Of a DNA stretch of 64,000 nucleotides, positions 40,152 to 51,494 are shown piece by piece. The position numbers and the translations under genes were made by a program. The notes under the pieces are model-generated. The model saw only the letters and a program-made list of their open reading frames with translations. It was not told where the DNA came from and searched no databases. The DNA is from Marsupella aquatica (Eukaryota; Plantae; Marchantiophyta): the NCBI GenBank assembly GCA_973895155.1, contig OZ316892.1, positions 24,699,233-24,763,232 on the forward strand, given 5' to 3'. How positions within the stretch are numbered: position 1 is the first letter of the stretch; every line of letters begins with the position of its first letter.

Positions 40152-43100
40152 ATGACTGACTCGGAGGATACTGGAAGAATTGGCATCGGTGGAGCTTCAG
40201 GATCGCGACGGTCAGACGGAGAGTCTGAGGAGGAGCTGCTACCGTTTGAGGAGGAACTTATAACACCGGTATGATCACCGGTGCGGCGTGCAGTGGAGGA
40301 AGCTGTGTTACTACCAGAGCTGTCGGTAGTAGGGAAGAAGAGGGAGATGGCTAGATTTGGAGGAGTGAAGTTTGAGGTGGAGAAGTACGATGGTCGTACT
40401 GATTACTTGCTCTGGGAGAAGCAAGTGAAGGGTGTCCTACGGGCCATGGGCTTAGCTCATCTGCTTTCATCGTGAGAGCAGTATGATGGAGAGGAGGAGA
40501 TTTCAGTGAGGCAATGGAGACAGGAGCAGGTGATTGCTGTCAATGCAGTGATGCTATATCTCAAGCCGCACATCATCAAGCAGCTGGATTATTATGCGGA
40601 TTGCGCGTCACTGTTCAAGGCTCTAAGAGAGAAGTACTACCGGGAAGATGCGTCAGACCGGCTGTACAAGAAGTCTCTCTTGATGAGCCTCAGGCTCAAG
40701 GAAGGGAGCAAGATGCAGGATCACCTGGATGAGTTTGACAGTCTAGCGGTTGATCTGTCAAACCTGGGAAAAGGGGTTGAAGATGAGGATAAGGCCTTGC
40801 TTCTGCTAAGCTCCTTACCGCCGTCATATCAGGGCTTGAAACAGGTGCTCTTGTACAGAGATCTGAAGTCCATTTTGTATAATGAGGTGGTAAGCTCTTT
40901 ACTGTCTGATGATGCTCAGAAGAAGCTAGGTCAATCACAGATAGCATCTTCTTCTGGCATTGCGCTCAATGTGAACAGGGGAAGAGCAACGCAACGCACG
41001 AATGGGCAGAACAGGTTTAGATCTACATCACGGGGGAGATCTAAATCCAGAGGAAAATCGCAAGAGAGGAAGCCTCTTGCATGTTGGAATTGTGGCAAGC
41101 CGGACCACATGAAAAGGGATTGTCGAGTAAAGGTCCCTACTGCCTCTGCTAACGCAGCATCGAGCTCGCATGAGGTAGATTTACTCGATGATGATGACAT
41201 ATTGTGATGTCAAGGTTATGCTCTCAACGTAGTGTCAAATCCAGGTAGTGATGACTGGATTCTAGATAGTGCATGCACTTTTCACATTTGCTCTAGAAGA
41301 GATTGTTTCAGTTCTTACACGGTTTCCAACGGGTCAGTGTTGATGGGAAATGGAATCCCATGTCAAGTTGTTGGACTTAGATCTGTAAGATTTCAGATGT
41401 TTGATGGTGCTGTGAGAACATTGAGGAATGTGAGACATATTCCCAGCATGATGAAAAATCTCATTTCACTTGGAGTTTTAGAAGCAAATGGCCATCAGTG
41501 GAGTTCTGCTAATGGTGTTCTTCAGGTTTCAACTGGTACTAAAGTTGTATTGAAGGGAAAGAGACATTGCAATCTATACGTTATGGAGGGCAGTGTAGTC
41601 TATGATGAAGCCAATGTAACCTTATCTCATGAGGAGACGGCCCGGCTGTGGCACTTCCGTTTGGGCCACATGAGTGAAAAATGTTTGGTTATTTTTCAGA
41701 AGAAATGATTACTTTCTAATTTGCAATCTTGTAAGTTGGAATTTTGTGAGCACTGTGTGCTAGGGAAGCAGCACAGGAAACCCTTCGGAGTTGGAACTCA
41801 CACCAGCAAGGAGGTACTTGAGTATGTACATAGTGATGTGTGGGGTCCCGCCCCTACTCCCTCACATTCTGGACGGTTATACTATGTCACATTCATTGAC
41901 GATTACTCAAGGTATGTGTGGATATACTTTCTACACAATAAGTCTGATGTTTTTGCCACTTTTAAGGAGTGGAAAGCTCAAGTTGAAAATCAGATTGGTA
42001 ATAAGGTGAGATATATTCGATCGGATAACGGCGGTGAATACAGTTCCAGTGAATTTGGAACGTATTGTAAGGAGCAGGGGATTACCCGCCATCTCACAAC
42101 AAGCTATACTCCTCAGCAAAATGGTGTTTCTGAGAGACTCAACCGAACACTATTGGACCGCTCGAGGAGTATGTTGAGTCAATCATGCTTACCACATGAG
42201 TTTTGGGCTGAAGCTGTCAACACTGCACCTTATTTGGTAAATTTTTCTCCATCCAGTTCTATTGGATTCAAGACGCCATTTGAAATGAGGTACAAGCGTT
42301 CAGCAGATTACTCACATCTGAGGATTTTTGGATGTGATGCTTATGTGCTTACACCTTCCCAGCTTCGATCCAAGCTGGAGTCCAAGTCGAAGAAGTGCAT
42401 TTTCCTTGGTTATCAGAAAGGTGTGAAGGGTTATAGGTTATGGGATCCAGTAACCTGTAAGCTAATTGTCAGTAGAGATGTGTCCTTTAATGAATCCAGA
42501 TCATCAAAGGAGGGGGAGAGTTCTCAGGACTCCCATATTGACAAGGGGAAATCTCCCATCCCGGACCGGGTTGAGGGGGAGATTAGTCATGATGCAGTTC
42601 ATGACAGGAGAGATGGAGAAGCTCCGGGCTTGGAGCTGGTTCCTGTGATGGAACAAGAGGAGCAAATTGTTGCTGGGGTACCTCAAATTCAACCAGCAGC
42701 AGCAACAGATCAGCCTAAGTCATCTACTAGAAGAACTTCCAGTCGTTCTACTAGAGCTCCTACCAGGTATGGTCAATGGGCAGACTCATCTAAGCTAGAT
42801 GATATTGACATTGCACCTGATGAAGATGATATGGCTTTGATCTTGGAAGAAGGAGAGCCTTCTTCGTATAGTGAGGCTTGTGCTTCAGAGCAGAAGCATG
42901 AGTGGAATGCAGCAATGCAGAGGGAGTTGCAATCTTTGAGTGACAACAAGACATGGGAGCTGGTGGAGCTTCCAAGAGGTCAACAAGTGGTGGACAGCAA
43001 GTGGATTTACAAGTTGAAGGACAGTCCTTCAGAGGGTGGAGATAAGATCTACAAGGCAAGGCTTGTTGCCAAGGGGTTCACTCAGGAGAAAGGAGTGGAT

Positions 43101-44426
43101 TACAATGAGGTCTTTTCACCGGTGGCTAAGTATTCCACAATTCGGATCTTGTATCAGCTTGTTGTGTTTTTTAATCTGGTGATGGATCAGATGGATGTTG
43201 TTACTGCTTTTCTCTATGACAACTTGGAAGAGATGATCTTCATGAGACAACCACTAGGCTTTATGAAGAAGGGCCAAGAGAACTTAGTTTGCAGATTGCT
43301 CAAATCCTTGTATGGATTGAAGCAGTCTCCCAGACAATGGAACAAGCGGTTTGATGATTTCATGCTTGCTCAAGGTTTTACAAGGATGGTGTATGATCCT
43401 TGTGTGTATACGAAATCAGTCAAGAATAATGTATTTGGTTTCATCATTCTGGTGATCTATGTGGATGACATGCTAATTGTGACTAAAGATCAATCTGAGG
43501 TTGATAGTCTCAAGGCAAAATTGAGCGCTGAATTCAGGATGAAGGATCTTGGTAAGGCCAAGAGGATCTTAGGGATGGAGATTTTTAGGAACTCTGAGAT
43601 TGGACAGTTGTGCTTGAGTCAAGACCAGTATGCGAGGAAAGTACTTGCACGATTCAACATGGAAAACTGTAAGCCAGTGAGTATTCCTTTAGCTTCACAT
43701 TTCAAGTTATCATCGGCTTTCTCTCCTACGGATGCTGTGGAGAAAGGTCTGATGGCTAAGATTCCTTATGAGAAGGCAGTAGGCAGTCTGATGTATTTGA
43801 TGACTTGTACTAGGCCTGACTTGGCCCTAGCGATGGGCAAGGTTAGCAGATTCATGTCAAATCCAGGGAAGGTACATTGGGAAGCTGTGAAATGGATTCT
43901 CAGGTATGTGAAGGGAACAAAGGACTATGAATTACTATTTGATATCAGATCAAATAGAACGTTAGTTGGCTATGTAGATTCTGACTATGGAGGCTGTCTG
44001 GATACAAGGAGATCTACAATTGGGTTTGTATACACTCTTGGAGGAGGATGTATCAGTTGGAAATCTACCTTGCAGAAGTGCATATCTCAATCTACTACAG
44101 AAGCAGAGTATGTTGCAGCAGCAGAAGCTGCAAAGGAAGCAATTTGGTTGGATAAGTTGATCGCGGAGATGGGTTTAGAGCATGGAAAAATGACTCTAAA
44201 CTGTGATAGTCAAAGTGCTCTTCACTTGGCTGCTAACCAGGTGATGGATAGCAGGGTGAAGCACATTGATATCAGGTACCATTTTATCAGGCAAGCAGTG
44301 TCTGATAAAACTTTTGAGCTAGTCAAGATTGATGGAAAGCTCAATCCCGCTGATGCCTTTACCAAAGTGATTCCTTTGGAGAGTTTCTCAAGACACCGTG
44401 CTACTTTGCAGGTTTTGCAATTGTAG
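40152..44426 (+). pseudogene. gag-pol polyprotein in a single frame with four in-frame TGA codons
   Basis: VKFEVEKYDG gag motif, CWNCGKPDHMKRDC zinc knuckle, WILDSAC protease, LWHFRLGH/CEHCV/HSDVWGP/IRSDNGGEY integrase, YKARLVAKG/YVDDML RT, YVDSD/NPADAFTK RNase H. Stops at 40272, 40473, 41205 and 41706; no frameshift. Confidence 0.95.
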
Positions 44427-44622
44427 TGCAAGTAGAGTTATTTAGCAATGTGTGACTATTTGTATATGGATTACTCATTCCTGTTAGGCTACGGCTTAGT
44501 TCTAGTTAACCCTTAGTTAACCCTTGTGGTTTTTAGGGGGAGACCTGGTTTGGTGATTGTCTAGAACTTCCCGCTGAGGATTCCATATGGTAGCATTTAG
44601 TCCAGTCCCCAAGACAAGAGTC

Positions 44623-44631
44623 AAGAGGGAG
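44623..44631 (+). promoter_or_regulatory. Polypurine tract
   Basis: AAGAGGGAG 2 nt before the 3' LTR. Confidence 0.85.
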
Positions 44632-44633
44632 TT

Positions 44634-44969
44634 TGTTAGATAGTCTTGTGACTCTTGTGCTAACCACAGTTAGGCTAACTTGGGTTAGGACCTAGCTAAG
44701 GTTAGCGGTAGTGCTGTTGTGCATATAGCCAGGGCTGATGCCAGACCCTGGTGGAACTTAGGCTCATTGTTACGGAGCTAGTTGAGAGATAGGGAGAGCT
44801 TGTGCTGTGGATGCTTGGTATGGTCGGTCGGCCTAGAGTGCAGTAAAGCTCTTGTGTGTTCCCGTGGACGTAGCCTCATGTGGAGGTGAACCACGTATCT
44901 CTCTGTGTCGACTATTGTGCGTTGGATGATTCATGGACTTGCCGTTGCGAATGTCGTCTATGCTCAACA
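44634..44969 (+). repeat. 3' LTR
   Basis: Matches the 5' LTR and is followed by TSD CAAGA (44970-44974). Confidence 0.97.
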
Positions 44970-45771
44970 CAAGAGAAGCGGAGACAAGAGAGGTAGGGGT
45001 TTAGGGGTGAACTTCCCAATGGATGTGATCACATGTCTGGTGTGTCAGGGAGATTCCTGCAGCTAGGACCAAGCATTCCTGTCTAAAAGGGACCTGACTT
45101 TTGTGTTGTTTAACTATGTCCCTAATATATTTTTTTGAATAAAATTTATTCCTTGGAAGTTCTCAACAATTAGGGCATCTTAAACCAGCTCCTTCCGGGA
45201 TGTTTCCTAGACCAAAAATCTGTCTTTCCGGCAATACGTGACCGGCAGCAGTTTGGGTGGTCAGTGCACTAAAGGACTTTCTGCCTGATATGCGTTGGTG
45301 CCCAGTTACCTTGGGAATGTGTTGAAACAAAACCAAAACCCCTTTGGATTAAGTTTGCCCAAAATTTGGGTTGCAGTTTAGGGTTGTGAAGGTAGATTTC
45401 TCACAAAGGCTGGCTAAAAAATTGGAAGCAATGGAGTGGAGGGAATGTTTTTTATCACACTTTCTATCTCATTCATCTAGTTTTCTTACTTTCAATTGGA
45501 TTAAGATTATAGAGCTTCAAGAGTAAGAAGCTTCATTTCTTCAGGCAACGTTGATTGTTCATGAGGTCTTCATCACTTAGGTTCGTTTTTCTTTTTGTGT
45601 CAACTGCTATTCTTGACAAGTTCCTTTTTCTTTCTGTCTAAAATCAGTGGTCACTTAGCTTATTCTTATTCTTATTCTTATTGTATAACATCAGTGATCA
45701 CTTTTCTTAGTCCATGGGGTTGGTGGGTCTGTTTTGGGCAGGAAAAACGTCTCGGTTCATCTGGGACTTAG

Positions 45772-46038
45772 ATTCTGAAAATGCACGAGAGATATGGTAG
45801 ACTCCATTATGGAAAAAGTTTGCTTAATCAACCCAATTCTGAAAATGCACGAGAGATATGCTTGGTAGACTCCCTTATGGAAAAAGTTTGCTTAATCAAC
45901 CCAATTCTGAAAATGCACGAGAAATATGCTTGGTAGACTCCCTTATGGAAAAAGTTTGCTTAATCAACCCAATTCTGAAAATGCACGAGAGATATGCTTG
46001 GTAGACTCCCTTATGGAACAAGTTTGCTTAATCAACCC
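45772..46038. repeat. 63-67 bp tandem repeat x4 downstream of the ATP-grasp gene
   Basis: Unit ATTCTGAAAATGCACGAGAGATATGCTTGGTAGACTCCCTTATGGAAAAAGTTTGCTTAATCAACCCA. Confidence 0.95.
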
Positions 46039-46333
46039 CCTCTATATTTTTCTTCAATCTGGACGGTTGATAGACCTTTAGATTTCAGATCTGGACCATT
46101 GATAGACCTCCTATTAGACAAGTAACAAGTTTCATTTTGGGGGTAGATCAAGGAAATAGCTCCAAAATGCACTGAATAGACAGGGAAGAAAAGTACAAGA
46201 GAAAAATCACGAAGCACAGTAAGAAAGAAAACGAACAAGACTTTCCTAACGGCTTAACAAACAAAATCTTCCCAAGATGACAAACAGATGTGACACTTCT
46301 GAATCAAAGAAGCAATCGTTTTGATCGGCTCGT

Positions 46334-47722
46334 CTATTTCCCGAGAGCTTTGAAGTCTGCGAGGAACTTCAGCAGCTTCGTTTCCGTCTGGGCGCCCAAG
46401 AGAAAACTGCCAAGGGCACCGCCAGCCTCCCACTCCTCATGCCAACAGACGATGATCAACCGCCCTTCGGCAATGTCGCGTTGCATCTTTTTCTGAAATT
46501 GCTCTCTCGTGAATGGAAGCTTGAGATCCTCCTCCATGCACGCCCAGTTCAAACCTCGCTTTGTGAAATGGTTGCTGAGCAGGCCGATGAAGATGGAGCC
46601 CGGTATCCGGACATTCAAATCCACCACATAGGACTTCCCAGTCTGCTCGTCCTTCAGAAGATCCATTCCAGCGGGGCCGTAATAGCCATTTCTATGGAGG
46701 AAAGCGGCGACCTCGTTGATGAGACCCGTGTACTCTGCTTTGAAGCTATCTTGCGCAGTGAAGTCAATCATGGACCCGTCATAGTGGTGGTGACTGGTGA
46801 ACTTCTGCAATGATCCAGAAATGAAGATTGCTTCACCCGATTTTCTGACGAAGAACGCAATTCCCATGGACTCCTTGCTCTCCACGTAGTCGGTGAACAC
46901 CAGGGCTTCGGGTCTCATGTGGCGGTTCTCCGGCGTGACCATCTCCAGGAGATTCGGCAGAACAGCAGACTCGAAGTCTGCAAGGGCCTTGCTCCGTTCC
47001 TCTTCCGTTGTAATGACGAATACCCCGTATCCGCCTACAGTCTGGTTAACCTTGACGACGTATGGCAGTGGACGACTTCCGAGCAGCCACAACGCTCTCT
47101 GCGTGTAGTGATCCTCGGCATTTGCCTGATCCAAATTCAGCTCAACCAATTCTGCATTTGGCGTGGGAACCCCAGACAGAGCGAGCCCTCGCTTCGACAG
47201 CAGCTCCCAAAGCACCTCTGGCCTGATAACCTGGGGCTGATTCTCTAATCCGTCGACGGGAAGAAGAATTGCCAACTTCTCGGATTTGCCCTTATCGAGA
47301 ACGAGCGGTAAGTGATCAAATGAGGACAGAAACACCAGTCGTGGCCTTTGCTCAGCGCTGAGAGCATTCACCGTCAATTCTGTGTCTCGTCTGCCGTCAT
47401 TGCTGTTGGTCGTTGTGGTAGTGTCGAAAAGCACAACTTTCATGTCCCCGGCGATGAAAGCATTGCGATGCCCCTTCGTCGCAAAGTACATTGTTGCTTC
47501 TCCAAGCTCCTCGTCTTTCTTCTCTTGCTCTTTCGGTATCTGAGACTTCGGCCTCACGATGTTGTAGTCATGGTACCGGTATTTAGACGGCATGTGATTT
47601 GACGAATCGCGGAAGGTGATTAGGGCTTGAGGACACAGAACCACATTTTCTTCTCCATCATGGTGGTAGAGTTCCGCGAGCGTGGTGTTTAGAACAACAG
47701 GCTCGGCAGCAGATTGCACCAT
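46334..47722 (-). CDS. Intronless ATP-grasp ligase (462 aa from ATG 47722), resembling fungal 'solid-state culture-specific' ATP-grasp proteins
   Basis: ATP-grasp motifs LLSKRGLA...PTP, PYVVKVNQTVGGYGVFVI, GYYGPAGMDLL and YVVDLNVRIPGS in an uninterrupted ORF. The family assignment is from recognition, not a search. Confidence 0.85.
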   Translation of the reverse strand: MVQSAAEPVVLNTTLAELYHHDGEENVVLCPQALITFRDSSNHMPSKYRYHDYNIVRPKSQIPKEQEKKDEELGEATMYFATKGHRNAFIAGDMKVVLFDTTTTTNSNDGRRDTELTVNALSAEQRPRLVFLSSFDHLPLVLDKGKSEKLAILLPVDGLENQPQVIRPEVLWELLSKRGLALSGVPTPNAELVELNLDQANAEDHYTQRALWLLGSRPLPYVVKVNQTVGGYGVFVITTEEERSKALADFESAVLPNLLEMVTPENRHMRPEALVFTDYVESKESMGIAFFVRKSGEAIFISGSLQKFTSHHHYDGSMIDFTAQDSFKAEYTGLINEVAAFLHRNGYYGPAGMDLLKDEQTGKSYVVDLNVRIPGSIFIGLLSNHFTKRGLNWACMEEDLKLPFTREQFQKKMQRDIAEGRLIIVCWHEEWEAGGALGSFLLGAQTETKLLKFLADFKALGK

Positions 47723-50299
47723 AGTGAGTGATGTCGTGTGATCTTGAATGTGTATTTCGATAGGTACAGTGGTAATGCTGAAGAGTGTTTTCAAACAAAT
47801 GGATGCGGTTCAGAAGTAAGGTAGCATTTGCTTCCACAATACGTCCACGCAGAAGGAAAACTTCATACTATTTCACTCCCGCTTAAAGTCTGTAAAATTC
47901 TACTTTTCCATGTTGTAAAAAGTGAGCAGTCAATCAAGCTGTCGCGCTTCACTGTACTTGACGGGTGACAGGTAGTTAGAGTCGCAGGAATCGGTAGCGA
48001 AGATCACCTGAATATTTCACAAAGATGTGTGATGATGTCTCCGATCGAGGCAGACTTCAAATGCAAGAATATGCGTCTCCAATCCAGCAACACGATCCCG
48101 CTCCGCTATCAACTGAGATTCTTATTAGCTCGGAAGCTACGTTGTTTGTCCACTGTTTGCGATTTGCGGGACGCTTCTCAATGCGGCAAATTGCGGGAAT
48201 GCGAGGAGCAACAATTCTCGCTAATGTTCAAAGCCATTCGAATTGGAACCAATAACCGTTGGTAGTGCTCATTGCTGCTCCTTACTAAAAAATGTCGAGC
48301 CAGTCCCGTACTGTAATGCATTCTCAACAAGTAATACAGCAATTGAGTTGTAATTTTCTATCTATCTTCATCTGACTCTCCATTATAATCTCGAAGCTCA
48401 AGTGCGACGTCATCATTGCTGCAGGTTGGCTGTCTAGCGAATTATCTAAAGGCAATCTTTGCATTTCGGTTCTGTCCCCATGAGAGCGCCAAATGTGAGA
48501 ACGACACATCACCGAGTTCGCGTTGTTGCCAACAAGGATTAGCTGAAGCTGAATCCAATCGGACAGCACCAAATGTGAGAAAGAGACATGCAGATACAGT
48601 ATGTCAAGCAATTGCCACTGCAGTACAATTTGATCTCGTGATTGATTGGACCAAAAACATGCTGCAGATTGGGAAAATCAGAGAAACCTTTCACGGCAAG
48701 AAAATATGCAGCAACTGTAGGTTAAATTTTCTGAGTGAACCTCGAAGCGCAAGTGCCACGTCCTCAATGCTTCACGGTGAATGTCTCTCGGAGAGAAATT
48801 TTAGTCTCACGGTGAGAGTCTCACGGTGAATGTGAGAACGACACGTTTCGATCTCTCCACGAGAGCGCCGACTGTACGAGCGACACATAACCTATCACGT
48901 TGTCTGTTCGCCATTACTGCAGGTTGGCGAAATCGCCGTGTTGGCCTTGCTGCCAACAAGGATTATCTGAAGGCAGCCAATCCCAGCAGTTCATCGCCGT
49001 AAGAGAATCAGATATAAAGATATAAGAAAGACACCTCCTCACACTTCGGCTGTTGGCATGTCCGACGAAAATCAAATCACGACGAGTAGCCCTTACACTT
49101 TGTAGTATCTTCTCTTATCCTGAAAACACAAAACTTCACTATGTGAAAAAACTCACAATGATGAAAACGCCAAATCGGGGGACACGGCAAAACGACCCAA
49201 TGGAAGAGGAAATGTGAAACGAGAGCGAGCATGCACAGGCCAATGGAGGAGAAGCACGGGGAAATCAGGATCCTAATTTACGAGAGAAAAACAAAAAAAT
49301 TGAGAAACTTACTGCTGGTGGCTCTGATTTTTTCGCAAAATGTAGTTTCAAGCTCTGGTGAGCGTGTGAGAAAAACTTGGTTTGACCATGGTGTGACTAC
49401 GGCGGTGGGCATTTTGGTGCCTCACCACGTCCGCTGGGAAACTGTGGGCTCGCCATGACTGGTGTCCCGGGGTCCCACCAAGTCTGTCGTATCGTGTGAT
49501 CCTGCAGATTGTTAATTGAGTGAAATTCCAGACTGGTGGCAGAGAACCAGGATCCAGTCCCCCGTTCCCGGACGCTCATCAGGTCCATGAACTGACCGAG
49601 GGTCGAAGCATGGGGACTACTCTCTTCCAAGTTGCGTGCGAGGGTATACTCCCTTCGCACTCCCCTCCAGGGAGAACTATAAAGCTTCGCATCTCAGTGG
49701 GCAAAACTCAAGAAGCGCCGGATGAAATCAAGTAGTGGCGGAGCACCAAGACACCCAATCCTGGCGGAGCTCGATAATGCGTGGGTGATTGCTAATTTGT
49801 TTGCGGGCGTGTGATTTTGCTAGGTCTGTTTTAATTCACGGACCTCTTGTCTCGTCTTCCCTGGTCTGGAATGCCTCCGACCGATGGAGTAGTGATGTGG
49901 ATGTGTGTGTTCAAGCAAGTTCTAGGTTTGTAACCCGTCGATCTGCTCTGTCCATTGTTAACTGTGAGTTTTGAACATGGTTGCTGCTCCAACTGAGAGG
50001 CTTGAAATGGAGACTCCCTGGCGTTTCTGGTCTCGCTATACTTCTTGACCTTCCTTCCAAATTCACTTCGCACAACTTTTGGCTGGTCCGCAAGTTGGGG
50101 CTTCTCTTCCAACTCACACAAGGCTTCTGGATCTCGGAGCATTGTGGAAGTTCTGTTCGTGTTACCAGGAAACGTGTCATTCAGCGCAAGGATTGCTGTT
50201 TGGCATGGTTACCTGATGACTAACCTGCCTGTTCTATCTGCAGATTTTCTGCAATGATGTGCAGGTCTCTTCTTTAAGTCTCATTAGACAAAGAGGGAC

Positions 50300-50688
50300 T
50301 GGTCTAGAGTCGAGACAGATCCGGACAGTTCTCAGTACTAGAGCGTCCAAATGGTCTAGAGTTGATACATATCCGGACAGTTCTCAAAACTAGAGCGTCA
50401 AAATGCATTACCAGTCCGCTGGCACTTACGAGCGTATGGAGTTCAGTGATCTGCACTCTCTTTTGAGCTGCGTCCAGCTATGTAGTCAGTCCATCCGTTC
50501 GATTCTTTTGTGTGACTTCGCTCCAAATATAGGGGCTTATGTTGGAGACATACATCGTTAGAGAGAGTCTGTTGTGCGAACTCGAGAGTTGTCGAGAAAG
50601 AGCTGACCTAAGGTTCTGCCCTGTGATGTGTTGTGCGAACTCGAGAGTTGTCGAGAAAGAGCTAACCTAAGGTTCTGCCCTGTGATGT
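50300..50688 (+). repeat. Two short tandem duplications (52 bp x2 at 50300; 59 bp x2 at 50570) around a PPT/LTR-start-like motif
   Basis: TGGTCTAGAGT.GA.ACA.ATCCGGACAGTTCTCA..ACTAGAGCGTC twice; TGTTGTGCGAACTCGAGAGTTGTCGAGAAAGAGCT.ACCTAAGGTTCTGCCCTGTGATG twice; AGGGGCTTA|TGTTGG at 50531-50545. Confidence 0.8.
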
Positions 50689-51494
50689 GCATCCCCTGTT
50701 GAGCCCTTTTTAAGGCAGATCTTTTGTTCAAAACTGGAACGAAAACAAGCTCTCTCAATGCCCTGTGTGTCAGATGAGCGTGCACAGTACCTAGAACGAC
50801 CGTGCAGCTTGCTTCAGATATGTTTTGCACCGTTTAGGTTGAATGCATACATGACCTGAAGTGGAGTCAGGTGAGAAGAGTCTACACCAAGAATTTAACC
50901 TTCCAATTCTTATGACTCCTTTTTCGAGTCAAATTGTGTGCGGATCCGTAGATATGACGCTCTGGATTTTCGTGACCACTCAACTCCAGTTCTGATTGTG
51001 CCGGTAACATTCGATAGAGCTAGTATTTCAGATGCTGTCGATCTCGCCTACCGTGGACCTGAGGATGGCCACTCACAACGAGATAAGCATACCCAATCAG
51101 TGAATTTTCTGAAATTCTAGGAATACTGATCGATCTATGTTTAATGAATTCGGTCTAGTTGTGGAGGTGTGTCAAATATTTTGAATAGGTGAAAAATGGA
51201 CCATGGTCTCTTCTTTATGACACAGAATGTATACCCTTTTCATTTGAACATATTGGCTTCACCTAGCCGTCTCCCTTGTCACCCTAAGTAGATTCTTACA
51301 TGAGACTTTTCACTTCACCCTATCATTTCTCCTTTCATTCTATTTCTCCTTGCACACAACACACAGAAAACACTATTGTGTGTCTAGAGCCCTCATTTGG
51401 CTTGGAAATAAGGTACAGAAAATTCAAAATGAATGTTTTTGATTGGATCTATGCACCAAAGCAGCACCCAAGGCCTGCCCAGAAATATTTCTTT

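Larger units (their letters stand above)
38310..44969 (+). mobile_element. Full-length Ty1/copia LTR retrotransposon (Tork/Tnt1-like), disabled
   Basis: 336-bp TG...CA LTRs at 38310-38645 and 44634-44969 with 5 mismatches, all transitions. 5-bp TSD CAAGA on both sides. tRNA-iMet PBS, PPT, and gag-PR-IN-RT-RH domain order. Confidence 0.97.

Noticed and set aside
49051-50700. A second LTR retrotransposon (TGTTGG at 49051 and 50540, PPT-like AGGGG, partial reverse PBS GGCTCTGAT near 49320)
   Set aside because: No LTR pair, TSD or recognisable pol motifs; at most an unclassifiable remnant.
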